Source: a virus. From it: a stretch of DNA of 64,000 bases. The stretch spans positions 40,627 to 104,626 of IMG/VR virus record IMGVR_UViG_3300021963_000057; one strand, 5' to 3'. Of the stretch, positions 1 to 10,073 are shown piece by piece. The first letter of the stretch is position 1. Every line of letters begins with the position of its first letter. The notes below the pieces were generated by a model. The model was not told the DNA's origin. It was given only the letters and a program-made list of their open reading frames with translations, and searched no databases. The position numbers were made by a program, and so were the translations under genes.

Positions 1-1
1 G

Positions 2-715
2 TTGGAAGACGTTAAATACTTTCAAAAGAAACTGTATGGTGCCTTGTGTGTTCCAATCTCCAGGTTAGAACCTAATCAAGGATTCTCACTTGGTCGTTCA
101 TCAGAAATTACACGTGATGAATTGAAGTTCTCTAAGTTTGTGGACAGACTAAGAAACAAATTCTCCGATGTATTCAACCAAGCCTTGCGTGTACAGTGTG
201 TACTAAAAGGTATCTGTACAGATGAAGAATGGGAATTGTTTAGAGAAAACATTCATTATGATTTCATCAAAGATAATAATTTCTCCGAATTAAAAGAAGC
301 GGAATTAATTTCACAACGATTATCTCTACTTCAATCGGTTGATCCATATACTGGTCGTTACTTCTCACAAAAATGGATTCAACAAAATGTGTTGCGTCTA
401 ACAGATGATGAGATTGCTGAAATGGATTCAGAGATTGAAAAAGAAAAAGAAATGGGTCTTGGATTACCAGTCTCAGTAACAAATGATGTTGCACAACAAC
501 AAATGATGGGACAAGTTCAGACCGACCAAATGGTACAACAATCAGAATTAATGCCTGATAATGCACCGACTGGTGGTTCCAGTTCTGGTGGTGATACTTC
601 ATCATCAAAAAGTAAACCAAAAGAAAAAAGTTCCAGTGGATCAAAATCAGTTAAAGGTGACCTCAGCTTAGAAGAAGTTGAAACAACGTTTACTAGATTA
701 AAACGTATTTTATAA
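2..715 (+). CDS. gp20: Portal vertex protein, C-terminal part (5' truncated by window)
   Basis: T4 gp20-like motifs (SEITRDELKFSKFVDRLRNKF, YDFIKDNNFSELKEAE); upstream of gp21-22-23. Confidence 0.93.
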   Translation: MEDVKYFQKKLYGALCVPISRLEPNQGFSLGRSSEITRDELKFSKFVDRLRNKFSDVFNQALRVQCVLKGICTDEEWELFRENIHYDFIKDNNFSELKEAELISQRLSLLQSVDPYTGRYFSQKWIQQNVLRLTDDEIAEMDSEIEKEKEMGLGLPVSVTNDVAQQQMMGQVQTDQMVQQSELMPDNAPTGGSSSGGDTSSSKSKPKEKSSSGSKSVKGDLSLEEVETTFTRLKRIL

Positions 716-728
716 TTAGGAGATAAAA

Positions 729-941
729 ATGCCAACAGCAAGAGAAATCATAGATTATGCAGAAACAGACAATGCGGTTGAAATGCGTGATGCATTATAT
801 GCTGCACTACATGATAGAGTTATGTCTCATATCGAAACACATAAAGCAGAAGTTGCAAAACAACTGATGAATCCAGAAGGTGCAACCGCTGAAGATGAAG
901 TTGTGTATGCATCAGAACCTGCCGCAACAGAAGCAGAATAA
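729..941 (+). CDS. Small acidic protein in prohead core position
   Basis: AGGAGA RBS; acidic 70 aa between portal and protease. Confidence 0.6.
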   Translation: MPTAREIIDYAETDNAVEMRDALYAALHDRVMSHIETHKAEVAKQLMNPEGATAEDEVVYASEPAATEAE

Positions 942-953
942 TTTTGACACTGG

Positions 954-961
954 TATAAATA
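954..961 (+). promoter_or_regulatory. T4-type late promoter TATAAATA
   Basis: Exact gp55 consensus upstream of ORF 988. Confidence 0.75.
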
Positions 962-987
962 TTATTCAAACATAACAGGAATTACAA

Positions 988-1509
988 ATGTCAAATTCAT
1001 TTACATATCAAGTAATAAAGGATACCACAGAACATACAGTTATTAAATTAACCGGTTCTTTTGATGGTACAGGCCAAGAAGCCAATGCTGTTCGTATTCA
1101 AGCAAATACACTATACGGTGCAATGGATACTTCTAAAGGTAACTTACTTTCTTCTAGTGCAAATACAGGTGCATTAGATTTTTACGGTTTATCTGTATAT
1201 CGTTTATGGTATGACTGTGCATCTGGTGGTGACGTAACACTTTCTTGGAACGCAGCAACACCATTGCCTATATTTGTAATGAATGGTAACGGTGAATATG
1301 ATTCTGCTGGTAACTGGGTAACAATACCAAACAACGCAAAAGGTACCACCGGATGCAAAGGTGATATTGCTGTTACAACTAGAGGTATGGCAGCAAATGA
1401 TAGTTACACAATGATTTTGGAATTACGTAAAGACAACGAACATTATCAACGTGGTCATTTGAGTGATCCAGCTGCGTTTAACTATGGCCCATATGCCATG
1501 AAACCATAA
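988..1509 (+). CDS. Hypothetical, probably virion structural protein
   Basis: Late promoter, head module location. Confidence 0.55.
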   Translation: MSNSFTYQVIKDTTEHTVIKLTGSFDGTGQEANAVRIQANTLYGAMDTSKGNLLSSSANTGALDFYGLSVYRLWYDCASGGDVTLSWNAATPLPIFVMNGNGEYDSAGNWVTIPNNAKGTTGCKGDIAVTTRGMAANDSYTMILELRKDNEHYQRGHLSDPAAFNYGPYAMKP

Positions 1510-1519
1510 GGTAACAATA

Positions 1520-2164
1520 ATGAAACTCATACGAGAACTTACCGAATCGGTACAATACTTAACGGAAGAAAAAGATGGAAAGAAAACACTTTACATCGAA
1601 GGTCCGTTTCTAGTAGCAGAAGCAGTTAACAAAAACAAACGCATGTACAAAGAAGAAACAATGCGTAATGAAGTTAACCGTTACAACGAAGAATACATTT
1701 CTAAAAATCGTGCCTTTGGTGAACTGGGACATCCAGACACCCCATCCATTAATCTTGACCGTGTATCACACTTAATTGTTGGTCTGCGTCAAGAAGGAAA
1801 TGCTTGGATAGGCAAAGCAAAAATTCTTGAAACCCCTATGGGTAACATTGCAAGAAATCTTATTGAAGGTGGGGCACAACTTGGTGTATCATCTAGAGGT
1901 ATGGGTTCTCTTAAAATGGAAAACGGCATCAATGTCGTTCAAGGAGACTTTCATCTGGCCACAGCGGCAGATATTGTAGCAGACCCTTCTGCACCTGGTG
2001 CTTTTGTGCAAGGTATTATGGAAGGTAAGGAATGGATGTTAGTTAATGGTATCTGGACAGAACAACATTACGATGTTGCTAAACAGGAAATCAAACAAGC
2101 ATCAAGCAAAGATATTGAAGCAGTAAGCTTAAAAATCTTTGAAAACTTCCTTAAAAAACTTTAA
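1520..2164 (+). CDS. gp21: Prohead protease
   Basis: GELGHP, GVSSRGMGS, DIVADPSAPGAFV motifs. Confidence 0.96.
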   Translation: MKLIRELTESVQYLTEEKDGKKTLYIEGPFLVAEAVNKNKRMYKEETMRNEVNRYNEEYISKNRAFGELGHPDTPSINLDRVSHLIVGLRQEGNAWIGKAKILETPMGNIARNLIEGGAQLGVSSRGMGSLKMENGINVVQGDFHLATAADIVADPSAPGAFVQGIMEGKEWMLVNGIWTEQHYDVAKQEIKQASSKDIEAVSLKIFENFLKKL

Positions 2165-2165
2165 A

Positions 2166-2173
2166 TATAAATA
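2166..2173 (+). promoter_or_regulatory. Late promoter TATAAATA
   Basis: Exact consensus upstream of gp22. Confidence 0.75.
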
Positions 2174-2201
2174 TCCAATATAAATCAAGGAGATTCTCAA
2201 A

Positions 2202-3464
2202 ATGGGAAAATTTAATCTGACAGACGCCGCTAAAGCAATTCTAACAGAAGGTGCAAAAGAAAATTTTGAAGCTTCTGTAAGCCGTGGCCACAAAGACGGT
2301 CCTTCAAAGTTGCCTACATCTGTTGCTTATGGCACTAAAGATGTTGGTGAAGTTGCAGGCGAAATCAAGAAGCAAGACGATGAGACTGGTGACTACACAA
2401 AAGGTACACCAACAGCAACACCTCCAGGTGCAACACCACCAGTTGGTTCACAACCTGCACAGAAGTTGTCTGGTCCTGCTGACTCACAAGGTTCTGAACA
2501 CAAAGCTGTTCAAGCTGCAGCAACTGATTACAACGCAATTCGTGACCGTATCAAAGCTAAACTTGCTCCACAAATGATGCAAGCAAATCCAGGTGCAACA
2601 TTCCAATCTTATGCTGAAGAAGCAGAAGAAGAATCTGATGATGTTGTTGCTGAAGAAAAAGAAGGTCATGAAGACTCAGCCGAAGACAAAAAAATGATTA
2701 AGGCCATGATGAAGAAACAAAAGATGAAAGAACAAATGGACCAAGACGTAGGTGCATTGCTTTCAGGTGAAGACCTTTCAGAAGAATTCAAATCAAAAGC
2801 TACTACAATTTTCGAATCTGCCGTTGTTGCTCGTTCACAATCTATCATGGAAGAAGTTGAAGAAGCATTGTACGAAGAATTCGAAGTTGCTGTTGAAGCA
2901 GTTAAAGAAGATTTGGCTAAGAAGTTGGATGACTACATCAACTACATGGCTGAAGAATGGTTCAAAGAAAACCAATTGGCAATCGAAAAAGGTCTACGTG
3001 CCGAAATCGTTGAAGATTTCATCCGTGGTCTAAAAGGTCTATTCGAAGAACACTATATTGACATTCCAGAAGAAAAAGTGGATGTTGTGGAAGAATTGAC
3101 AACTAAGGTTGAAGAATTGGAATCTTCTATCAACGAAGAAATTTCACGTAACGTTGAAATGAAGAAACAAATTAACGAGTTTAAAAAGAATGAGGCTATA
3201 CATGCAGTATGTGAAGGCCTAACGCAGACACAAGTAGAGAAACTTAAATCACTCGCAGAGAGCGTTGAGTTTACTACTGAAGAAGAATTTGGTCGCAAAC
3301 TAGAAACATTGGTAGATTCATACTTCCAACAATCAGTTAAAGCACCAGTTAGTTCTGCCCTGAACGAAGCTGTTGAAGTTGAGGACGAAAAAGCACCATC
3401 GGCTGCTGTTGATCCTGCAATTGCACAGTACGCACAAATCATCTCTAAATCATTGGTTAAATAA
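2202..3464 (+). CDS. gp22: Prohead core scaffolding protein
   Basis: Acidic coiled coil, LSEEFKSKATTIFESAV and LDDYINYMAEEW; position before MCP. Confidence 0.92.
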   Translation: MGKFNLTDAAKAILTEGAKENFEASVSRGHKDGPSKLPTSVAYGTKDVGEVAGEIKKQDDETGDYTKGTPTATPPGATPPVGSQPAQKLSGPADSQGSEHKAVQAAATDYNAIRDRIKAKLAPQMMQANPGATFQSYAEEAEEESDDVVAEEKEGHEDSAEDKKMIKAMMKKQKMKEQMDQDVGALLSGEDLSEEFKSKATTIFESAVVARSQSIMEEVEEALYEEFEVAVEAVKEDLAKKLDDYINYMAEEWFKENQLAIEKGLRAEIVEDFIRGLKGLFEEHYIDIPEEKVDVVEELTTKVEELESSINEEISRNVEMKKQINEFKKNEAIHAVCEGLTQTQVEKLKSLAESVEFTTEEEFGRKLETLVDSYFQQSVKAPVSSALNEAVEVEDEKAPSAAVDPAIAQYAQIISKSLVK

Positions 3465-3504
3465 ATAAAATTTACCAACAAAAGATACTTACAAGGAGAC
3501 ACTC

Positions 3505-4851
3505 ATGTATCTAACAGAAGAACTACAAAAGAAATGGGCACCAGTGCTTGAGCACGAAGGCCTAGAGTCTATCAAAGACCCATACAAGAAAGCTGTTACA
3601 GCACTTGTTTTGGAAAACCAACAACGTGAAATGGCTGCTGCTGCACAACAGTTGAATGAAACTGCTGTTTCTGCTGCACCAACAAACGTTACAGGTTCTG
3701 GCATTTCTAACTACGATCCAATCTTGATTAGCTTGGTTCGCCGTGCATTGCCTAACTTGATTGCTTATGACGTTGCTGGCGTTCAGCCAATGACAGGACC
3801 TACAGGTCTTATCTTCGCAATGCGTGCTCGTTACGACACACAATCAGGTGGTCCATCAAATACAAACGAAGCATTCTTCAACGAAGCAAATACAGAATTC
3901 TCTGGTGCATTGTCTACATCTAACCCATACGGTTTTCGTGGTAACAACGCAACTGACATCCGTACAAGCCCTGTTCAAGACTTGACTGCTAACCACTATA
4001 CAACTGGTATCGCAATGACTACAGCAACTGCTGAAGCTTTGGGTGCTGATACAGATAGTCCTTTCAAACAAATGGCATTCTCAATTGAGAAAGTTACTGT
4101 TACTGCACAATCACGTGCTTTGAAGGCTGAATACTCTCTAGAACTTGCACAAGACTTGAAGGCAATTCATGGCTTGGACGCAGAAACAGAGTTGTCAAAC
4201 ATCCTTTCTACAGAAATTTTGTCTGAAATCAACCGTGAAGTTATCCGTACAATCTATACAACTGCTGTTGCAGGTGCTCAATATGGTACCACAACTGCTG
4301 GTGCATTTGACTTGGACACAGACTCTAACGGTCGTTGGTCAGTTGAACGTTTCAAAGGTTTGATTTTCCAAATCGAACGTGATGCTAACGTTATTGCAAA
4401 ACAAACTCGTAGAGGTAAAGGTAACGTGATGATTGTATCATCTGACGTTGCTTCCGCTATGGCTATGGCTGGTGTTCTACAGTACACTCCTGCATTGTCT
4501 GCTGACTTGCAAGTTGATGACACTGGTAACACATTTGCTGGTATGTTGCACGGTCGTATCAAGGTCTACATCGACCCATACTTCGGTGGTTACACATCTA
4601 ACCAAGAATTGGTTACAATCGGTTATAAGGGTTCTTCTCCTTATGACGCTGGTCTATTCTACTGCCCATACGTTCCTCTACAAATGGTTCGTGCAGTTGA
4701 CCAGTACACATTCCAACCAAAGATTGGTTTCAAGACTCGTTACGGCATGGTTGCAAACCCATTCGCAAACGGTCTTGCATCTGGCAACGGTGCATTGAAC
4801 CCACGTACAAACGTGTACTACCGTATCTTCCAAGTTAAAAACTTGATGTAA
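3505..4851 (+). CDS. gp23: Major capsid protein
   Basis: GVQPMTGPTGLIFAMR, SRALKAEYSLELAQDLKAIHGLDAE, FQPKIGFKTRYG. Confidence 0.99.
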   Translation: MYLTEELQKKWAPVLEHEGLESIKDPYKKAVTALVLENQQREMAAAAQQLNETAVSAAPTNVTGSGISNYDPILISLVRRALPNLIAYDVAGVQPMTGPTGLIFAMRARYDTQSGGPSNTNEAFFNEANTEFSGALSTSNPYGFRGNNATDIRTSPVQDLTANHYTTGIAMTTATAEALGADTDSPFKQMAFSIEKVTVTAQSRALKAEYSLELAQDLKAIHGLDAETELSNILSTEILSEINREVIRTIYTTAVAGAQYGTTTAGAFDLDTDSNGRWSVERFKGLIFQIERDANVIAKQTRRGKGNVMIVSSDVASAMAMAGVLQYTPALSADLQVDDTGNTFAGMLHGRIKVYIDPYFGGYTSNQELVTIGYKGSSPYDAGLFYCPYVPLQMVRAVDQYTFQPKIGFKTRYGMVANPFANGLASGNGALNPRTNVYYRIFQVKNLM

Positions 4852-4880
4852 GATAAAAAGTCACCGCAGAGTGATATTTT

Positions 4881-4908
4881 AAGACCACCTTCGGGTGGTC
4901 TTTTTTTT
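4881..4908 (+). terminator. Intrinsic terminator after gp23
   Basis: AAGACCACC-TTCG-GGTGGTCTT followed by U-run. Confidence 0.9.
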
Positions 4909-4937
4909 GGCTCCTAAATACTGATAGAGGAGATAAA

Positions 4938-5450
4938 ATGACAGCACTAAACAGAAGTCCTGAAAATACAAACCTATTACAACCAACAAAGTTTTTGTTG
5001 ACATTTGACAGAATTAGAACCACACAATATTTCTGCCAAACAGTTAATCTTCCTGGTGTAAGTTTGGGTGAAGTAAGTAGGGCAACACCATTCTTGGATA
5101 TGTTTTCACCTGGCACTAAACTAACATACGATCCATTGGTCGTAGAGTTTATATTGGATGAAGAATTGCAAGGATGGAAAAATTTGTATGATTGGTTCTT
5201 GTCTATGGCTGATCCAAATGGTTTTGAAAAACGTGACGGTAGTAGAGAACTACAAATGAATAAACATTTTTCGGATGCTACTTTAACTGTGTTGAGTGGA
5301 TTAAATAATCCTTTGTTGAGAATACAATATGTTAACGTATTTCCATTGAGTATTGGAGATATTAGATTTGATACCACACAATCTGCGGATACAATATTGA
5401 CCGCAACGGCAACATTTAGATATCAATCATATACATACTTGACAGTTTAA
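4938..5450 (+). CDS. gp3: Tail tube terminator / tail completion protein
   Basis: YFCQTVNLPGVSLG, YDPLVVEFILDEEL, SDATL; conserved position after gp23. Confidence 0.85.
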   Translation: MTALNRSPENTNLLQPTKFLLTFDRIRTTQYFCQTVNLPGVSLGEVSRATPFLDMFSPGTKLTYDPLVVEFILDEELQGWKNLYDWFLSMADPNGFEKRDGSRELQMNKHFSDATLTVLSGLNNPLLRIQYVNVFPLSIGDIRFDTTQSADTILTATATFRYQSYTYLTV

Positions 5451-5467
5451 TCATTTTGTGTTATAAT
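5439..5467 (+). promoter_or_regulatory. Sigma70-type promoter for uvsY
   Basis: TTGACA-N17-TATAAT. Confidence 0.8.
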
Positions 5468-5534
5468 GTTTTGAATAGATAGAATGACATTAAGTTGTTG
5501 ATTCTAAAGAATAATTTGATATATTTGAATAGAT

Positions 5535-5969
5535 ATGGAAACACTTGAACAAGTTTTAAAAATGTGGGAATCGGATGCGGTTATAGACCAAACCGAGCCA
5601 TCTAAAGAACTACTAAACATTCCCAAATATCATAGTAAGTATCTTGGCATTCTTACTAAACATAAAATTGCATCAAAGAAAGCACACTTTGATTATCTAC
5701 GTATGCGTAAAGTAAAATGGGAATACTTTACTGGCAAAATGTCCGAAGAAGAATTGGAACAATACGGTTGGGAACCATTCCAGTTTGCACTCAAATCGGA
5801 TATCAATACTTACCTAGAAGCAGACAAAGACCTTATCAAGTTGCTTGAGAAGAAGGTCTACCACGAAGAAGTTATTTCTGTAATCGAATCCGTGTTAGCA
5901 GAACTTAAACAAAGAACGTGGCAGTTAAGAGATTTTATTTCTTGGGAGAAATTCGTTGCCGGACAATAA
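5535..5969 (+). CDS. uvsY: Recombination mediator UvsY
   Basis: IPKYHSKYL, WEYFTGK, YLEADKDL; upstream of uvsW. Confidence 0.9.
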   Translation: METLEQVLKMWESDAVIDQTEPSKELLNIPKYHSKYLGILTKHKIASKKAHFDYLRMRKVKWEYFTGKMSEEELEQYGWEPFQFALKSDINTYLEADKDLIKLLEKKVYHEEVISVIESVLAELKQRTWQLRDFISWEKFVAGQ

Positions 5970-6126
5970 TATACTATCAATTTCAATTGATACATTAAAC
6001 CTTTTTTCTTTTATGGTTGGCATGTTTTTTGCTGCAACCATGTGGAGAACTAGGGCTTTATATTATGTCGTTTTTTATTTTGTGTGTTTGGCATTATATT
6101 ACGGTTTGAGATATCATTATGGTTGA
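5956..6126 (+). CDS. Small membrane protein, 56 aa (not in ORF track)
   Basis: GGGAGA RBS, TTG start, MPDNNILSISIDTLNLFSFMVGMFFAATMWRTRALYYVVFYFVCLALYYGLRYHYG; fills the uvsY-uvsW gap. Confidence 0.6.
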   Translation: MPDNNILSISIDTLNLFSFMVGMFFAATMWRTRALYYVVFYFVCLALYYGLRYHYG

Positions 6127-7606
6127 ACACATTACAATAACAAAAGTAAATGAGGTGTACGGCAAAGTGGTCTGTGAACGCCACGTTGCAAGGGAACTGT
6201 CAGAATACTTCACGTTCTTTGTACCTGGTTATCAGTTCGTTCCAGCCTATCGGAATCGCATTTGGGATGGTAAGATTCGTCTATTCAATCTACAGACCAG
6301 TCAACTATATCTTGGATTGATTCCATATCTTACAGAGTTTTGTGATGAACGTGAGTATGCATACTCGCATGACCTGATTGAAGATGAATATTCTGTGTAT
6401 CATGCACACAAGTTCTTTGATACTTTGAATCTACATTCAAATGGTAAACCAATCGGTGTCAGAGAACATCAACAAAATGCGTTTATTGAAGCAATACAGA
6501 AACGTAGAACCTTATTGTTGTCACCAACCGCATCAGGCAAATCACTTATCATATACTTGTTGTTTAGACAATTATTGGATTATCAAGACCTGAAAGGTTT
6601 AATTATTGTACCGACAACATCATTGGTAGAACAGTTGTACACAGACTTCCAAGATTATTCAAGTGAAAATGGTTTTGATGTTGAAGATAATGTACACAGA
6701 ATCTACCAAGGTAAAGATAAAGTAACTGATAAAAAACTTACAATATCCACTTGGCAATCATTGTACAAACTTCCACCAGAGTATTTTCAACAGTTCGATT
6801 ATGTGATTGGTGATGAGGCACACCTATTCAAGGCACAGTCTTTAACATCTATACTGACAGCCTGTGTTAATGCCAAATACCGAGTTGGTCTTACTGGAAC
6901 TTTGGACGGAACCAAAACACACAAACTGGTATTAGAAGGTTTATTTGGCCCAACTAAAAAGGTTATCACCACCAAAGAGTTGATTGATAAGAAACAATTA
7001 TCTCCATTTAATATCAAGTGTTTGGTGTTGAAACATTCTGATGAGATTTGTCAAGAAATGAAAGACAAGTCTTATCCAGATGAATTGAAATTTTTAATTG
7101 AATCTGAAAATCGAAATCGTTTTATTCGTAACTTAGCCGTAAGTTTGAACAAGAACACGTTGGTGTTGTTTCAAATGAAGAAGCATGGTAAGTTACTTTA
7201 CGAAATGATTAAAGAAAAGGCAATTGGCCGAAATGTATTCTTTGTTGACGGTGACGTTGAAACGGATGTCAGAGAAGAAATACGCAGACTCATGGAGATA
7301 TCCGAAAACGCCATCTTTGTGGCATCGTTTGGTACAACAAGTACCGGTATCAACATCAAAAACTTACACAATATCATATTCACATCGCCGTCAAAATCGA
7401 GAGTTAGAAATTTACAATCTATTGGCCGTGGATTAAGGCAATCTGATAACAAAGAGATTGCAACACTTTATGATATTGCAGACGACTTAAGAATCAAAAA
7501 ACACACAAACTTTACTTTACAACACTTCGTTGAAAGAGTGAAGATATATAATGAAGAACAGTTCTCTTTTAAGATTTACAATATAGGACTAAAAAATGGC
7601 AGTTAA
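6119..7606 (+). CDS. uvsW: SF2 DNA helicase UvsW
   Basis: SPTASGKS, DEAH, GLTGT, QSIGRGLR. Confidence 0.96.
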   Translation: MVEHITITKVNEVYGKVVCERHVARELSEYFTFFVPGYQFVPAYRNRIWDGKIRLFNLQTSQLYLGLIPYLTEFCDEREYAYSHDLIEDEYSVYHAHKFFDTLNLHSNGKPIGVREHQQNAFIEAIQKRRTLLLSPTASGKSLIIYLLFRQLLDYQDLKGLIIVPTTSLVEQLYTDFQDYSSENGFDVEDNVHRIYQGKDKVTDKKLTISTWQSLYKLPPEYFQQFDYVIGDEAHLFKAQSLTSILTACVNAKYRVGLTGTLDGTKTHKLVLEGLFGPTKKVITTKELIDKKQLSPFNIKCLVLKHSDEICQEMKDKSYPDELKFLIESENRNRFIRNLAVSLNKNTLVLFQMKKHGKLLYEMIKEKAIGRNVFFVDGDVETDVREEIRRLMEISENAIFVASFGTTSTGINIKNLHNIIFTSPSKSRVRNLQSIGRGLRQSDNKEIATLYDIADDLRIKKHTNFTLQHFVERVKIYNEEQFSFKIYNIGLKNGS

Positions 7607-7946
7607 AATTTTACGTTTAAAAGATGGTCTGGATATAATCTGTGACTGCATTTTTGAAAAAGATAACAAAGTGGTGATTGACAATCCCATGTTGTTTGAA
7701 CTCAGAGGCATGAATCTGGTATTGCAATACTGGTTACCAATGGCCGTAATGAAAGGTGAATCTGTTGAGATGAGAATGGATAACATTCTCTGCACGATGG
7801 ATCCAACCGATGATTTTGAAGAATACTATTCAATGTCTGTTATTAGATTGAAAGACTCTGAGAGAAAAGAAAGAGAAGTGGATCTCAACGATGAGATACT
7901 AGCAGCTTTCGAAGAAAAGGAAATTGGTAAATCCTTAATACATTAA
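7596..7946 (+). CDS. Conserved-position hypothetical protein (possibly Sm-like fold)
   Basis: Between uvsW and gp55; KILRLKDGLDIIC start. Confidence 0.6.
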   Translation: MAVKILRLKDGLDIICDCIFEKDNKVVIDNPMLFELRGMNLVLQYWLPMAVMKGESVEMRMDNILCTMDPTDDFEEYYSMSVIRLKDSERKEREVDLNDEILAAFEEKEIGKSLIH

Positions 7947-7967
7947 TATCATAGGGGGACACCGTGG

Positions 7968-7996
7968 ACTATATCACATGTCAAGCCCTTTGTCAA
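7968..7996 (-). promoter_or_regulatory. Antisense sigma70-type promoter
   Basis: Minus strand TTGACA-N17-TATAGT. Confidence 0.55.
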
Positions 7997-8018
7997 CAAC
8001 TTTTTATGGTACATTTGA

Positions 8019-8564
8019 ATGAGTAAACAGAAACATTATATAAACAATGCAGACTTCCTAAAGGCACTTGTCGATTACAAGACCAGATGCGTAGAGGCCG
8101 AACAGGCTGGCAAACCAAAACCAAACATTCCCAATTACATTGGTGAATGCTTTATGAAAATTGCCGAAGGTCTATCACACAAACCAAACTTCATCAACTA
8201 CACTTACCGTGACGAAATGATTTCCGATGGTATTGAAAACTGCTTGATGTACTTTGAGAACTTTGACCCGTCTAAGTCTAACAATCCATTTGCCTATTTT
8301 ACACAAGTTATCTACTTTGCATTCCTACGTAGAATACAAAAAGAAAAGAAACAACTATACGTCAAGTACAAGGCCACAGAGATGTATGGTATTCTGGATG
8401 AATTTGAAATGTTAGAATCGGAAGATGGTAGTACCAAACAATTCGAACTATATGAAAATATTGCAGAGTTCATTGAAACATATGAAGATGCCAGAAAAAC
8501 TAAGAAGGCTGGCAAAGACGCTGCAAAGAAACCAAAAGGGCTTGAAAAATTTATTGAGGAGTGA
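8019..8564 (+). CDS. gp55: Late transcription sigma factor
   Basis: HYINNADF, YTYRDEMISDGIENC, NPFAYFTQVIYFAFLRRI. Confidence 0.97.
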   Translation: MSKQKHYINNADFLKALVDYKTRCVEAEQAGKPKPNIPNYIGECFMKIAEGLSHKPNFINYTYRDEMISDGIENCLMYFENFDPSKSNNPFAYFTQVIYFAFLRRIQKEKKQLYVKYKATEMYGILDEFEMLESEDGSTKQFELYENIAEFIETYEDARKTKKAGKDAAKKPKGLEKFIEE

Positions 8565-8568
8565 TATA

Positions 8569-9009
8569 ATGAAAGTTGGATTTACTTGTTCCACTTTTGA
8601 TTTGTTTCATGCTGGGCATATTATAATGCTCAAGGAAGCCAAACAACAGTGTGATTATCTTATAGTTGGATTACAAACTGACCCCACTATTGATAGACCA
8701 AAAGAAAAGAACAGACCGGTTCAAAGCATTTTTGAAAGGTATGTACAACTACAGGCCTGCAAATATGTGGATGAAATTGTGGTTTATGCCACGGAAAAAG
8801 ACCTGTTGGATATATTGCTTTCTTTTCCAATTAATGTTAGAATCTTAGGTGATGAGTATGAAAGCAAAACCTTTACTGGTAGACAAGAGTGTATGAATAA
8901 AGGTATAAAATTTTACTTTAATAAACGTGAACACACCTTCTCAACAACAGAGTTGAGGCAAAGAGTTGTGGATGCGGAAGCAGAAAAGTTGATGAAAAAT
9001 ATAGTATGA
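8569..9009 (+). CDS. Cytidylyltransferase (TagD/glycerol-3-phosphate CT-like)
   Basis: STFDLFHAGH, GLQTDP, FSTTELR; ATG 8569 after GAGGAG RBS. Confidence 0.88.
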   Translation: MKVGFTCSTFDLFHAGHIIMLKEAKQQCDYLIVGLQTDPTIDRPKEKNRPVQSIFERYVQLQACKYVDEIVVYATEKDLLDILLSFPINVRILGDEYESKTFTGRQECMNKGIKFYFNKREHTFSTTELRQRVVDAEAEKLMKNIV

Positions 9010-10073
9010 AAGTTGCGATAATTACCGACCAACATTTTGGTGCCAGAAACGATTCAACATTGTTTTTGGATTTCTTTGAGAAGTTTTATAAAGAGACTTT
9101 CTTTCCGGCCTTGGTAAAAGAAAAAATTGATACCGTACTTATTCTTGGTGATACGTTTGACCGTAGAAAGTATGTTAACTTCTTCTCATTGAAACGTGCC
9201 AAACAAATGTTCTTTGACCCGTTGTTTGACTTGGGCATTCAAGTGCATATGTTGGCCGGTAACCACGACACATACTTTAAAAATACCAACGATGTTAATT
9301 CTGCCGACTTGTTGTTAGGTGAATACGGTATTACACTAAATGTTATTGACCATCCAACCGAAATATATGTTGGACCACATAAGATTTGTATGATGCCTTG
9401 GATTTGTCCCGAGAATTATGAAGATTCTTTAGAGACATTGAAAGAGACCGATGCAAAGTTTTGTATGGGTCATTTTGAAATTGCAGGCTTTGCCATGTAT
9501 CGTGGTATGCCATCTGAAGGAGGGTTAGACCGTGGTATTTTTAGGAAGTTTAGTCACACTTTTAGTGGTCATTACCATCACAAATCTTCTAGTGATGATA
9601 TCTACTATTTGGGCAATCCATACGAACTTACTTGGCAGGATTATAATGACCCTCGGGGTTTTCATTTGTTTGACTTGGATACTCACCAACTTGAATTCAT
9701 AGAAAATCCAAATAAAATGTTCCATCGTATTATTTACGATGACAAAGAACAATCTATCAAAGAGATTGACGGTAAAGATTTAAAACCATACACAAACACA
9801 TATGTTAAAGTGGTTGTAATTAATAAAAACAACCCGTATTTGTTTGACAAATTCATGAATAACCTGTATAATGTAAACCCTGCTGATATTACTATTGCAG
9901 AAGATTTTACAGAATTAGAAGATGGTGATGAAGCGATTGATGAAGCCGAAGACACACTCACCATATTAAACAAGTATGTTGATGGTATTACGGAAGAAAG
10001 TATTGACAACGACAAGTTGAAAACATTATTGAAAGAACTCTACGTAGAGGCATTGAATACTGAACAAGCATGA
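9006..10073 (+). CDS. gp47: Recombination endonuclease subunit (Mre11/SbcD-like)
   Basis: TDQHFG, GDTFD, GNHD, SGHYH. Confidence 0.95.
   Translation: MKVAIITDQHFGARNDSTLFLDFFEKFYKETFFPALVKEKIDTVLILGDTFDRRKYVNFFSLKRAKQMFFDPLFDLGIQVHMLAGNHDTYFKNTNDVNSADLLLGEYGITLNVIDHPTEIYVGPHKICMMPWICPENYEDSLETLKETDAKFCMGHFEIAGFAMYRGMPSEGGLDRGIFRKFSHTFSGHYHHKSSSDDIYYLGNPYELTWQDYNDPRGFHLFDLDTHQLEFIENPNKMFHRIIYDDKEQSIKEIDGKDLKPYTNTYVKVVVINKNNPYLFDKFMNNLYNVNPADITIAEDFTELEDGDEAIDEAEDTLTILNKYVDGITEESIDNDKLKTLLKELYVEALNTEQA

Noticed and set aside
267-5377. Minus-strand and alternate-frame ORFs across the head genes
   Set aside because: Codon-bias shadows of strongly conserved + strand genes, with no recognisable motifs
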